Positions 36,423 to 48,550 of a stretch of 64,000 bases of DNA are shown piece after piece. Position numbers and translations under genes: made by a program. The stretch comes from Takakia lepidozioides. Its lineage: Eukaryota > Plantae > Bryophyta. The notes below the pieces were generated by a model. That model was not told the DNA's origin and did no database searches. It saw only the letters and a program-made list of their open reading frames with translations. The first letter of the stretch is position 1; the number at the start of each line of letters is the position of its first letter. Location: NCBI GenBank assembly GCA_030704615.1, contig CM060732.1:46314001-46378000 (forward strand). Direction: 5' to 3'.

Positions 36423-38072
36423 AAAGTCTCGAGGACGAAGGACCTCTTTGTGGGTTGTGTTTACATGCCCACAGAGGGGACGCTCACAAGCTGATGCAGA
36501 CAAAGCCTTCGAAGATGTAAAGCTGGACTGTGCTTCGTTCCTTGCCAAAGGTCAGGTGGTGCTATTGGGTGACTTCAATGCCCGGGTGGGCAAAGGGCTC
36601 CATCAGGACGATATCATTGGACCTTTGGTGAGGACGAACTGAATTCTAATGGCAGACGGTTAATTAACTGTCTAGAAGATCTTCAGCTTTTGACTTTGAA
36701 TAACAGGACAAGAGGTGACCAAGTGCAGTGGACTCGTGAGAAATCCCAAACTGGGGAACGTTCCATTGTGGATTATATCATAATGGACAAAAATTTGTTC
36801 CCCCAGTGTGCCAATGTGTTGATCAACAGAACTGATATTGGTACCTCTGACCATTTCCTGGTTTGGAATGAGATCAAAAGGTGTTTTCCCAACACCAAGA
36901 GATATGTGAAACATTCGATTCGGAAGTGGCGCATAGAAAAACTCCATAATGAGGAGGTCAAGGCTGAGTATGTCCAGCCCTTGCAAGAGGGTCTCCCTCA
37001 TTTTGTCCAATCGCTCCAAGAACTTCAGTCTCGCTCTGATAACGCAAGAAATGAAGTCGAAAGAGCAGGGGACTCTTGGGAGAGTTTTGTTTCCTCCGTG
37101 GTTGACAAGATCATTGGGATGAAACTAATTGTCTATGGTAGAGCTGTTAATTGGTGGACCAATGAGATTAAACTCAAGATAGCTGAGAGACGAGCCCTCT
37201 ATAAAGAGTGCTGCAATTTGGAAACCAACAGAGAATTGTGGGCGAGGTACTACCAGCTCCGTAAAGATATCAAACAGCTTGTTAGGTCTCAGAAGAAATT
37301 ATACTGGGACAAGTTATACAGTGAAATAAACTCAAACCACCATGGTGGTAATGACAAGAAATTCTGGTTGGCCCTTCAACATTTGTACAAGCCGAAAAAC
37401 GGTCAGCAAGTACAAGCGCTGAAGACTACTAAAGGTGCAGTGGTGACTTTATCGGTTGACATTGTCAAAACCTTTGAAACTCACTACAGTATCCTTGGCA
37501 TAACTTCTAGGTCTAACAGTGAGGGGTCTTCTACTGAATGGAGGGACACAGTTGGAAAAACTGTTCCTATGATGCAAAACAGCCCTGATGAACTGGAGTA
37601 TATTTCAATGGCTTATAACGCTCCCATTAGTCCTTCTGAGATTGTGGAAGCAATTGAACATTTAAATGGATATAAAGCTGGTGGACCTGATGGTATTGTC
37701 AACGAGCTTATCAAGCACGGTGGCGATCCCATGCGGGTTGTCAACATAAATCAGGCGTTGGCAGAGACGGTTCAATCCATCAACTTCAAGACAAAATTCA
37801 ATCCCTACTTCTCCTCTTTAACCTGATCTAGAAGACTGAAACGATCCCCTTTCGCTGGTGACAGGGCGTCATTGTCAATCTATACAAGAAGGATTTCTAG
37901 AGGATATCTGGAAAACCCGAATTAATTCTATATATGAAGGTAAGTCTTACTACCAACGTCAGCCCCTGACAGAGGTAGGTTCTGTCCCTTTTGTTCCCGC
38001 TCAAACTGGGCGCGGGGTCAATGTCCACAAGGCTACGGCAAACAACGTCTTATAAGTACAATCTCTCTCTCT
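35987..38072 (+). mobile_element. Nested RTE/RTEX-like LINEs: a 3' fragment with (TC)n, then an endonuclease-containing copy lacking RT
   Basis: CGWPEDNVHFL and 3' end up to 36420. Then GDFNARVG, IVDYII, TSDHFLV and KAGGPDGIVNELIK, after which the sequence jumps to FLEDIWKTR...GRGVNVHKATA and a TC tail. Confidence 0.85.
36356..36420 (+). repeat. (TC)n microsatellite, about 32 units, forming a LINE tail
   Basis: Directly visible. Confidence 0.98.
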
Positions 38073-39474
38073 GTGATGAAAATGAAGTTAGACAAAGTGG
38101 CTTGTCACTACCGTTCATGTTGTTCTTCTTCTTGGTCCATGGATTGGTGAGAGACAATCACCAAATCAAAACCACTATTCTCAGTTTATGGGTTCAAGAT
38201 GAAAAAGGAAAAAGAGGCAACATTTATATACCATCATGAAGGAGAGTCAAGCATACCATAAGAGTACCAACACTCACATTGCTGAAAACAAAGGCACATG
38301 GTCCACAAGTTGAATTGGCAAAGAGATGTTGGAGGGTTTAGGGGTAAGGACTTCAAGTGCCTCTAGTGCTGCATTGTCTATCTGGCTTTGTTGAAGAAGA
38401 AGTATGACCCCCACAACTGTTGGCCTCATTACAATCCAGACCAAGCCAGAAAGCAGGCAACTAGAGTTGACATTCCAGTGAGCCTTTTCCCACCCAAATT
38501 CATATGCAAGACTCATGCCCAACAACCTTGCTGCAATTATTTCTTACCCTCACTGCCTTTTCATATGCATATGGAGACAGAACTTTGGTGCAGATCGCAA
38601 ACCTGCTGATGGGTTGGGGAGTTTGCAGGGTGCTTTGCGCGTTTTGTCTTTGTTGGGGCTTCTTTCATTGTTTCCATCTCTGACTCCGAGCTGGTGTCAT
38701 TGAAGTCTTCATGTGCGGCATAATCTTGGTCTCGCTGCAATTCTTGCTCTCGTGCCTCCTCTGTGTCTGACTCCGCTTGAACTTGCGCTTCCTCCTCTTG
38801 CTCTACCTCTTTCTCCCCTTGTGACATTGCAGAGTGCAGGAGTTGAACTATGTGACTTCGGCGAGGAGGACCTGTGTGTTTGAGGATTTCCTCAACGAGG
38901 CGTTTAGGGCGACTCAAGCTCTCTTCGACGTTGCAAAGAAGAAGAAAGACAAAGTCAGCAGCTGCAAAACCCTAACATATCCTCTCTGCAGGTTTGGAGC
39001 TTTTAATGCGGTTTCATGGCTAGGGCTAGGTAGGGGATATGAAAAAAACCGAAGTTTGGACCTCTTTGCAATGTCGTAGATCTTTAGTCGTGCGAAGAAT
39101 GCCTTGTTCTCCGCTTGACGCTTTGCTCGTTCTACCTCCCTCGCTGTAGGCTTGCGCCCTGGTGTAACTTCTGGACACTCTATTTGGGTCTGGTGGGAAC
39201 TGGCAAACCATTGGCTGGGCTAAGCGTCATCTGCTTTTGAACTTGCGAGATCCTAACTTACGAGAACTCCCGGTGCATATCTCTGGATTCTCTTCCCTTT
39301 GCAGATGCATACTTTGAAATTATAAGAAACAGTTCAAATTCCTGGTAGCGGTATTGTTGTAAGGTGTAGAGTATTGTACATGTCCGTTTTCCTATTGCCA
39401 CGTGCCTGTACAAATGGCACGTTCCACATCCACTATTGCAAATGAAAAAACTCCCCATCTTATAGTGGATTGAC

Positions 39475-42400
39475 ATGTGGCGTCTGATATGTACTAAGCA
39501 GGAAAACTCTGGAGACGAACATGAGGGGTTTAGAACGGAAACCAGCCCTGCAGGTGGTCCTGATACCTTGGATCGTAATCTTGACATGCTTAGAATGCTC
39601 CGGGAGACATTCGCAACTATAGATAATGGGGTGCAAACTGGTGATGCACATGAGGAACCGGGAGATGGAACACAGGGCCAATGGGACACAGATGGAGTGC
39701 CAGAGCAGACTGATGGTGGACTGAAGAGCGATGGTGATCGTGGTGCATCGAGTGCCTTACGTTTTGAGCACGAGGCATCCAGGGCTTTATATGTAGGGAG
39801 TTCTTCCTCTCGATTGTCTGCTACCTTACTGCTGTTAAATGCTTGTCAAACCCATGGTGTGTCAAACACCTTTGTCAATGAACTCCTTACATTGTTAGGA
39901 AGACAACTGTTGCCAGCAGACAATTGCATGCCAAAGTCCCACTATGAGGCAAAACAACTCATAATGGAACTCGGGCTTCATTACGAGAGTATACATGCAT
40001 GTCCGAAAGGCTGTGTGTTGTTCAGAAGGGAGCTTCAGAATTTGGAGGTTTGTCCAAAATGTCAGGCACGTCGTTATGTGGTGGGAAAGAAGACACCAGT
40101 ACCTCGTAAGGTCCTTCGACATTTCCCTATCATTCCAAGGCTGCTTCGAATGTATAAAGCCAAATCCATCTCAGAGTTAATGTCATGGCACTTTAAGAAT
40201 CGAAGTCTGGATGGCTTGGTTAGGCACCCAGCAGACAGCAAGGCTTGGGCCCACATTGACCAAAAATGGCCTGAGTTTGCAGCGGACCCCAGAAATCTGC
40301 GATTGGGTCTCGCATGGGATGGTGTCAATCCTTACAGTGATAAATCAAACAAATGGTCAACTTGGCCTGTCATGTTGGTAAACTATAATCTTCCACCCTG
40401 GCTGTGTACTAAGCCATTTTTCACGATGTTGGCTTTATTGATTCCTGGACCACAATCTGTGGGAAATGACAATGCAGATGTTTATCTGCAGCCCCTTGTG
40501 GATGAGCTAAAATTGTTGTGGGAAGTTGGTGTGGAGGCATTGAATGGAAGTAGCCTAGTGGGGCAACAGTCATTTCGCATGAGGGCCACCTTGATGTGGT
40601 CAATCCACGACTTTCCAGCTTATGGGTTGCTAGCAGGACGCGCACATGGGGGATACAAGGCTTGCCCAGCTTGCGGCCCTAATGTTGATTCCAGGTACTC
40701 GAAAGCATGCAAAAAAGTTTTGTATCTTGGTCATAGGAGATACTTGCCTGCTGTTCATCCCTATAGGAATAACTCGTCCCACTTTAATGGACATGTGGAA
40801 CATAGAGCAGCTCCTATGGTGGTCACTGCAAGTGAGCAATTTGACCGGGCTAAAACCAGAGAGTTGTATCTCGCAATGGGACGGGCTGAGGGGGAAAAAC
40901 AAGACCCTTCAAAGGAACATGGCATGAAACGGGTCATTGTTTTGAACCAATTGCCATACTAGAAAGACTTACTCATCCGATACACACTGGATGTGATGCA
41001 TTGTGAAAAAAAATTGTGTGAGAATGTGCTGAGAACCATTCTTGGGGAGAAGGACACAGCCACGTCTAGGAAGGATATGGAACTCAATGTCATTCGTGAA
41101 CACTTGTGGTTGAGACCCCATCCCTCTCACCCGAACAAGTTGGTGAAGCCTTTGGCCCCATATGTTCTTACTGAAGATGAGAAGGTGTTGTTTTTGGAAA
41201 CATTGGCTGTAGTAAAGGCCCCCACAGGTTATGCTGCCACATTCCAGAAACATGTGGCTGACAATAAACTGTCTACAATGAAAACCCATGACTACCATGT
41301 AATGATGCAGCAGATTTTACCTCTTTGCATTCGAGGGGTATTGGGAAAGGGTCCACGGATGGCAATTATGAGGCTTTCTCGAGTCTTCCGCAAAGTGTGT
41401 GCAAAGATCATTAATCCAACTGAGCTACCGGCCTTAAAAGAAGATGTTGCAATCACTATGTGTCTGCTGGAGAAAGAATTCCCTCCGTCATTTTTTGATA
41501 TCATGACTCACTTGCTTGTACACCTTGTGGACGAATTGGACGTGTGTGGTCCCGTGTCTAGCCGTTGGATGTATCCTATGGAACGGTATATGAAGACATT
41601 AAAAGGCTATGTAAGGAATATGAGCCGACCTGAAGGGAGCATGGCGGAAGGGTATGCTTTGGATGAGGCCCTAGGGTTTCTAACTGAGTATATGGCTGAA
41701 TTTCATGCTACAAGCCGAAGGGTGTGGGACTCCAATGAAGAAGACTCAGTTAGTGGGGAGGTGGTTCAAGGATTGGGAAGTGTACGAGTCCTCACCATTC
41801 AAGAACGAGACAGTGCACACGAGTATATTTTGCACAACACAAATTGCCTGAAACCATTCCTTGAGTAAGTATGTTGCTTATCATATCCTGTGTGTTTCAT
41901 TTCTGCCAATGGTATAAGCTGTAATCCTAATTTGCAATTCTCATTTGGACAGGGCCTATGAAGAGGAGATGGCACTCATAGAAGCATCCCGCACTGAGTT
42001 CATAACATCATTCCTTTGTGGACAAGACCTAGACGACCACAATGGAGAAATTCCATACCCAACAGATATGCGCTTACTGGCTCCATTCCATGAATGGATT
42101 GAAGGTGCTGTGCAACGCAAGGTGAGTTCAGGTGAGTCCTATGATTTGGACATATGCCATTTATGTATACCACCAGCAGTATAGTCCTTGGGCTTCAAGT
42201 CCATGTATGCTTACGGCAATCACTTTCGAGCAATACGTGATGGGACTGGCGCCACAGACAGGGTGACATTTGATTCTGGAGTTGCTCAAGTATTCCATCA
42301 GGAAAGCGAAAATAGAGCAGGTATGTCCAAACGAGTGTTATCCCAATTGGAATATGTGGGTGTTGTAATAGAAATAATTCAACTGGATTACGGAATTCTT

Positions 42401-42865
42401 CACCCAATTCTATTCTTGTGTAGATGGGTGAGGTCACACATGGTGGGCCGGAATGCCACCATGAAACGAGATGATTATGGCTTTCTCTTGGTTGACTTCA
42501 GTCGCATGTTACCTCGGATGGAGCAGCCCTGGACATTCCCTAGTCAGGTGGAGCAAGTTTTTTTCTCGGATGAAAAAAGTTCACGAGGGAACTGGAAGGT
42601 GGTCCTTCACAAGGACCCTCGATCCCGATGAGTGGTTCACGATATTACAGAAGTGGCACTGGGTGAGGGAGATACTTATGTAGGCATGGTGCCTCCTGAA
42701 ATTCCTTATAACATCATGACTGAGCTTGCTGTTTGTGTTCCTTTGAGTGAGGCAGATGAATTGGCCATTGCCAACTTGAATGCACTTGCAAGGCAGAGGC
42801 AAAATGGTAGAAGGCGGAGGCAAGCTCCACATGGGAGGTACCAGGCCAGTTGTGCTATGGTCTAG
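39475..42865 (+). pseudogene. CACTA TnpD transposase (Transposase_21, DUF4218 and DUF4216-like regions) with premature stops
   Basis: IHACPKGC, HPADSKAW, RNLRLGLAWDGVNP, YNLPPWLC, SIHDFPAYG, LPY*KDLLIRYTLDVMHCEK, MKTHDYHV, FPPSFFDIMTHL, WMYPMER, FPSQVEQVFF. Stops at 40960, 42182 and 42629. Confidence 0.95.
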
Positions 42866-43291
42866 AGTTGGTTTCTGCTATTGCATGTATTTTTCCAGGG
42901 TTTAGACTTGATACAGCATGGTACCTTGCATGGGTGGGAGTGACTGAGCTGTTGGGGTGGGCAAAATTCTGACAAACACACTTTCATTTGTGACAGTGAA
43001 CCCTAAACAGTCATGGAGTTGTGGCATGCATACTTTTCTGACCCTAGTCAATGGTGGGCCAATTGTGGCAAAAAGGTGAATGCATGTTGGATTATAGAGA
43101 GTAGCAGATGCAATTGAGCATAGGAACTAGTGTGAGAAGTTGAGTTGGGTGTTTCCTAGAACAAATGTAGGCTGTTATTGTCAGTTGCTACCAGCAAGGC
43201 AAAGATGTATGCATGATTTGTGAGAGGCATGGATAGCTGAAGGAGCAGGGATAGAGTGTGGGCCCAGATTCATCCAAGAGGGCCACATTTT

Positions 43292-45262
43292 TGGAATTGT
43301 ACCTGATGTGATTTTGAACAATGCCCTCGTGGATATCTATGCCAAATGTGGGAGCATCAAGGGCAAGCCTGCCAGCTCTGGAAAAGGTTCTGATCAGGTC
43401 CATGGTTTCATTGTCAAAGCTGGAATTGTACCTGATTGTGATTGTGGACAATGCCCTCGTGGACAAGTATGCCAAATGTGCGAGCATCAAGGGCAAGCTT
43501 GGCAGCTCTGGAAAAGGGAAGAGGTCCATGGTTTCATTGTCAAAGCTGGAATTATACCTGATGTGATTCGAGACAATGCCCTCGTGGACATGTATGCCAA
43601 ATGTTTCAGCATGAAGGGCAAGCCTGGGAGCTCTGGAAAAGGGAAGATCGGGTCCATGGTTTCATTGTCAAAGCTGGAATTGTACCTGATGTGATTCTGG
43701 ACAATGCCCTCGTGGACATGTATGCCAAATGTGTTAGCATGAAGGGCAAGCCTGGCAGCTCTGGAAAAGGGAAGATTAGGTCCATGCTTTAGGGATACCA
43801 AATGTGGGAGCATCAAGGGCAAGCCTGCCAGCTCTGGAAAAGGGAAGATCAAGTCCGTGGTTTCATTGTCTAAGCTGGAATTGTACCTGATTGTGATTCT
43901 GGACAATGCCCTTGTGGACATGTATGCCAAATGTGGGAGCATGAAGGGCAAGCCTGCCAGCTCTGGGAAAGGGAAGATCAGGTCTATGGTTTCATTGTCA
44001 AAGCTTGCATTGTAGGTGATTGTGATTCTGGACAATGCCCTCGTGGACATGTATGCCAAATGTGGGAGCATGAAGGGCAAGCCTGCCAGCTCTGGGAAAG
44101 GGAAGATCAGGTCTATGGTTTCATTGTCAAAGCTTGCATTGTAGGTGATTGTGATTCTGGACAATGCCCTCGTGGACATGTACGCCAAATGTGGGAGCAT
44201 CAAGGGCAAGCCTGCCAGCTCTGGAAAAGGTTCTGATCAAGTCCATGGTTTCATTGTCAAAGCTGGAATTGTACCTGATTGTGATTCTGGACAATGCCCT
44301 TGTGGACATGTATGCCAAATGTGGGAGCATCAAGGGCAAGCCTGGGAGCTCTGGAAAAAGGAAGAGGTCCATGGTTTCATTGTCAAAGCTGGAATTATAC
44401 CTGATGTGATTCTGGACCATGCCCTCGTGGACATGTATGCCAAATGTGTCAGCATGAAGGGCAAGCCTGACAGCTTTGGAAAAGGGAAGAGGTCCATGGT
44501 TTCATTGTCATAGCTGGAATTGTACCTGATGTGATTATGAACAATGCCCTCGTGGACATGTACGCCAAATGTGGGGGCATCAAGGGCAAGCCTGCCAGCT
44601 CTGGAAAATGGAAGATCAGGTCTATGGTTTCATTGTCAAAGCTTGCATTGTACGTGATTGTGATTTTGGACAATGCCCTCATGGACATGTATGCCAAACA
44701 TGGGAGTATCAATGGCAAGCCTGCCAGCTCTGGAAAAGGTTCCAATCAGGTCCATGGTTTCATTGTCAAAGCTAGAATTGTACCTGACTGTGATTCTGGA
44801 CAATGCCCTCGTGGACATGTATGCCAATCGTGGACATGTATGCCAAATGTGGGAGCATCAAGGGCAAGCCTGGCAGCTCTGGAAAAGGGAAGAGGTCCAT
44901 GGTTTCATTTGTCAAAGCTGGAATTATACCTGATGTGATTCTGGACAATGCCCTCGTGGACATGTATGCCAAATGTGTCAGCATGAAGGGCAAGCCTGGC
45001 AGCTCTGGAAAAGGGAAGAGGTCCATGGTTTCATTGTCAAAGCTGGAATTGTACCTGATGTGATTCTGAACAATGCCCTCGTGGACATGTACGCCAAATG
45101 TGGGAGCATCAAGGGCAAGCTTGCCGGCTCTGGAAAAGGGAAGATCAGGTCCATGGTTTCATTGTCAAAGCTGGAATTGTACCTGATTGTGATTCTGGAC
45201 AGTGCCCTCGTGGACATGTATGCCAAATGTGGGAGCATCAAGGATGCGAAGGCAGTTTTCCA
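43292..45262 (+). repeat. Tandem array of ~125-130 bp units derived from a PLS-class PPR coding fragment
   Basis: 15 copies of the NALVDMY-coding core plus one truncated unit. The unit decodes as [40 protein letters not shown], and the last one continues DAKAVF. Confidence 0.95.
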
Positions 45263-48064
45263 ACACTATGGCTCTTGGAGTGATTTTGACATGTACCAGT
45301 AGAGGGGAGAAAGTGGGGCCCTCAGCAGACGAGTTGAAAAGCACTAGTAAAAAAACACTGGCGCTTGATAGGGTGGGGCAAAATTCAGGCTGGGGCGATC
45401 ATTGATATCCCGGACGTAGTGTAAAAAAGACGGTTGTGAGTGAAGTACACCCGTCAAAAAAAAACCCTGCTGTCTCAAAAAGGGAGCCAGTCACAAAGAG
45501 CAAGGCACTTTGTCCAAGCTTCTCGACATCAAGCAACAATGTGGACAGGGAGGTAGTCATTGGGAACAATTTTTGTAAGGTGGTGAAGAAAGCCTTGTCT
45601 GAGGATCACTGGATATTTTTCTAGTACGGTTGGACTAGTAGAGATTGAAATTCGTGCTCAGCTCAGTTTCAGATTGTCTCATTGTGAGGGGCCTAGGGTT
45701 GTTGTGCACATGCGCCTACGCCCTCTCTGCTGCGTGTCCCGAACTGCGTGTCAAGGTTGACTGGACAGAAATGGGATTGACATTTTTGGCGCTCACAAAT
45801 CTCTGAGACGACATGAGGTAGTTTTATCTATAGCTTCTCAAAGCAATTGTTGTACATTGTTGATTATAGTGTGACATTCTCATAACGATATTGTCGTCAG
45901 CTGCATGAGCAGTGCATCTTTTTGGATTGCTGGTTCCCGAAGGAATTATATGTGACAGGACAGAGGGCAAGTTATAGCCAATAGTTGCAGGCAGTGTTCA
46001 ATATTGAAGAGAATGCTATGCCTTTTCGGTTCTGCCGATCTCCTTCTCATTTTACTTGAGGTTGTCTATTTTGAGAGCTTTGATGTTTGGATGAAAATGC
46101 ATTTTGGCATCAACTTAAATGGATGGCCTGCACTGGTGGGCATTCAGATTCTAAACGAGCCGGCAAAGAAAAACTACAAGTCCCACATCCCTCTACATGC
46201 AGACCCCATAACCCTAATAACATTTTTGAACTTTTAAATTCTCTAAACAAAAGTCTATGTGTTATGTCGTCCAAGGCATGTTGAATAGAGGTGGAAGTCA
46301 TTTCATCCATCTATCTTCCACCTGGATGGTCAATGTGCCACGCCATATAGTTGCCCCAAATTCCTGTAGGACATCTCACACTAACCTCACACTCCATGAC
46401 TCATTTCACACTCATGTCAAATGCCCCATATGCATTATCTTGGTCAACACCCGTTGACCATATGGGTGTCATTCGAGTGTGAAATTTGTAACACCATGTG
46501 GGTTTTCCTACAATGGTCCAGATCACACCTTGCCTCCTTTCACATGGGTGTAAGAGGAGCTGTTCAAAGTGCCAGGTGTGAACTATGGGTGGTGTTGGAA
46601 AAACCGGTTTTTGTAGTAGTGCAAACCCCCCAAGTGCCTGATCGCCCAATCCCTCACAAAGGCAGGACTCACTTTTTTGCCTGGAAAGTGAAGCAGAATG
46701 TCTTTGCTCTCAAAATCAGCCACAGTGCCATCAAGGTGAGAGACTATTATCTACCATGGGGTGATCTCTGTTCATAGCAGACTGAAGAGCAGCAATATCC
46801 TCATTGAATCCTTCCATGATATCAGTGTTGTGACTAGGGGGGGAAGAATTGCTGAGTTCCACTGCATCCGGAATCTCCGCACCTGCTGGGAGGATGGGTC
46901 CTGATGAGTCATTCACCGAGGTGGGCACCAAGGGAAAGGCTGAGGGGGATGGCTCAAAGCGGGCCAGATTTTTGGAGTGGGCCTGATGCGCCATGAAAAA
47001 ACTAGTGCTTGTTGATGGAATCAGCCTAGGGTCGCCAAGCCGAAAAGGACCTGACCTTGCAGAAGCTGCGCCAAAAGTCTTGTTGAGAATTGGGCCCATG
47101 ATAAGGAAAGAAAAGGAGGGTGAGAAGGGGTTGGGGAGAATGACTTGCTCAGCCAGGGAAATCAGTGACGGAGAAATTAAAAGGCAGCAGCTAGAGAACT
47201 GCAGTCTAGAGCTATAAAGTGAAGCTGTAGCAAACCCGGAGAATATCAGAGTTTGGAGAAGGAAGGAAAACGGAGCTGCAAGCAGTGAACCGCCGCCGAG
47301 AGCACGATGAGTGAGGCAGATGTGGAGATGGAGTGGGTTCTCAGGAGAGGAAGGTGACGAGAAGCGCGGGCTTGGGGAAGAGGGAATTTAGCGTTGGTGA
47401 CGGCTGCATGGCGGGTTGAGCCAGAGCTTGTCGGCAGCCATAACTTCGACGTAAGTAGAGGCAAGGTGATTGGCTTGTGGATGGATAATCAAGCGCCTCG
47501 AGGGAGGGGTCAGTTCTTGGCGGATGTGCATTAAGAAGTTGATGGGAGACCTCAAGAGGTACAGAGCATCATATTCTCTAAAGGGATGAATATGGATAGT
47601 TCGTTAGAGGTGGTTGAGGCTTGGGATGTGGTGTTCGGGAAGGGGACTGGCTCATGATTGTTTTGAGTTAAGCTTCATGATACAGAGCTGATTCGCAAGG
47701 ACAACGGCTCAAGGATGTGAAGGCTTTGAGATGTGAAGAACGCCAAAGTGTGGTGGCAATCCACCATAGAGAGTCGTTCGGGGAGCTTGCTCACTCACCG
47801 TAGAACAAGGAGCTCTTCTTCCGCCTCCATTCTACTTTTTCAAACATCATATGCATTATAATTCCAATTTTTTGATAAATCGTTGTTTATAAAATTCCAC
47901 AAATTAAATGGACTTTTTTTACCTGCAAGTTGTTGAGAGCATTTTCATGATATCATAGAGTCACGTGGGGATATGTAGGAATAGTGGGTGTGGCACAACT
48001 TGGAGCCACCCATGTTGGGTGATGATTAGGGTTTCCCCAAGAAAGTGGAAATTATGGAGTCTCT

Positions 48065-48190
48065 TCACACCCAGGGGTTAGTGCCTTCAGTAAGGAAGGT
48101 GGACACCTTTGTGACACCAATCGGTGGATTGAATTGAACCCACAACCACTTCCCAGGAGGTATGAGCCATGTGGTTGCCAACCCCAGAAG
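48065..48190 (-). mobile_element. Diverged copy of the T-tailed SINE
   Basis: The reverse complement contains aagtggttgtgggttcaa and aaaggtgtccaccttcct, as in 29372-29420. Confidence 0.55.
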
Positions 48191-48550
48191 CATATGTTTG
48201 CTGAGCCCACCGGCAGTCTGTCCCCACCACAACGATAACTCAGATTGTGTTTATCTTTTTAACTTTTCTAAAATTGCCACTAAGGCTACAAGTAAATTCT
48301 CATGTGGCGAGAATAACGAGGTGGCAGGGCTAGAAAAGTTGCTACATAACAGGTGTCACATTGTAACAAGTCCACGTAGGAAACTTCTGGCTCCTGATAT
48401 TTAGCCAGTGGCGCTTTCTCGCGAATTTTTCGATTTTTACTTCCGTAATTCCTTTATAAAAGTAGCCCACCCATTTTCCACGTTGTCAGAGCTTTGGGAC
48501 TTTGGGTGATGATCACGGGTTCACAATAAGCTCCGCAAGTGGGTTGCGTC

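Larger units (their letters stand above)
33763..38917 (-). pseudogene. CACTA second gene: acidic/coiled N-terminus, FCP1/NIF HAD-like domain and Tnp1/Transposase_23-like C-terminus
   Basis: ILILDLNGLL...RPGCQEFLD*CLQIFDVGVWSSM...KNLCKFW...NTLLVDDSP...NPANNCIFP, and C-terminal QIGDKVLL...VLPYPD...TTLGDTQGSSTLW. GT-AG junctions near 35923, 34670, 34550 and 34432. In-frame stop at 35231-33. Confidence 0.7.
32785..46621. mobile_element. CACTA (En/Spm) transposon, 13.8 kb, both ends present
   Basis: Left CACTAATACAGAAACCGGTTTTT versus reverse complement of right CACTACTACAAAAACCGGTTTTT (21/23). 3-bp TSD cga/caa. Subterminal tcacac/gtgtga repeats and an internal TnpD. Confidence 0.92.
30350..47830 (-). 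mobile_element. LINE encoding only an ORF1-like protein, split by the CACTA element (parts 30350-32784 and 46622-~47830)
   Basis: Removing the CACTA rejoins ...AFVRDWAIRHLGG|SGDLLHHFCQARGRGFFSILL in frame (DUF4283-like). Zinc knuckle CYYCGLSGH. The same frame continues past one stop to 31339. AATAAA lies near the 3' end next to (TA)n. The 5' boundary is approximate. Confidence 0.65.

Noticed and set aside
40960-40962. Stop read-through or RNA editing of in-frame stops in CACTA genes
   Set aside because: Ordinary transition decay (TGG>TAG, CGA>TGA) explains them, and several independent stops exist.
43292-45262. CRISPR-like array or functional PPR gene
   Set aside because: There are no unique spacers, the whole unit is repeated, and frameshifts in nearly every unit preclude a PPR protein.
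45342-45470. Alternative right end of the CACTA (cactagtaaaa, tagtg at 45421, ccgtcaaaa)
   Set aside because: No TIR or TSD match to the left end. The end at 46621 matches 21/23 and restores the host ORF. This is probably a relic of another terminus.
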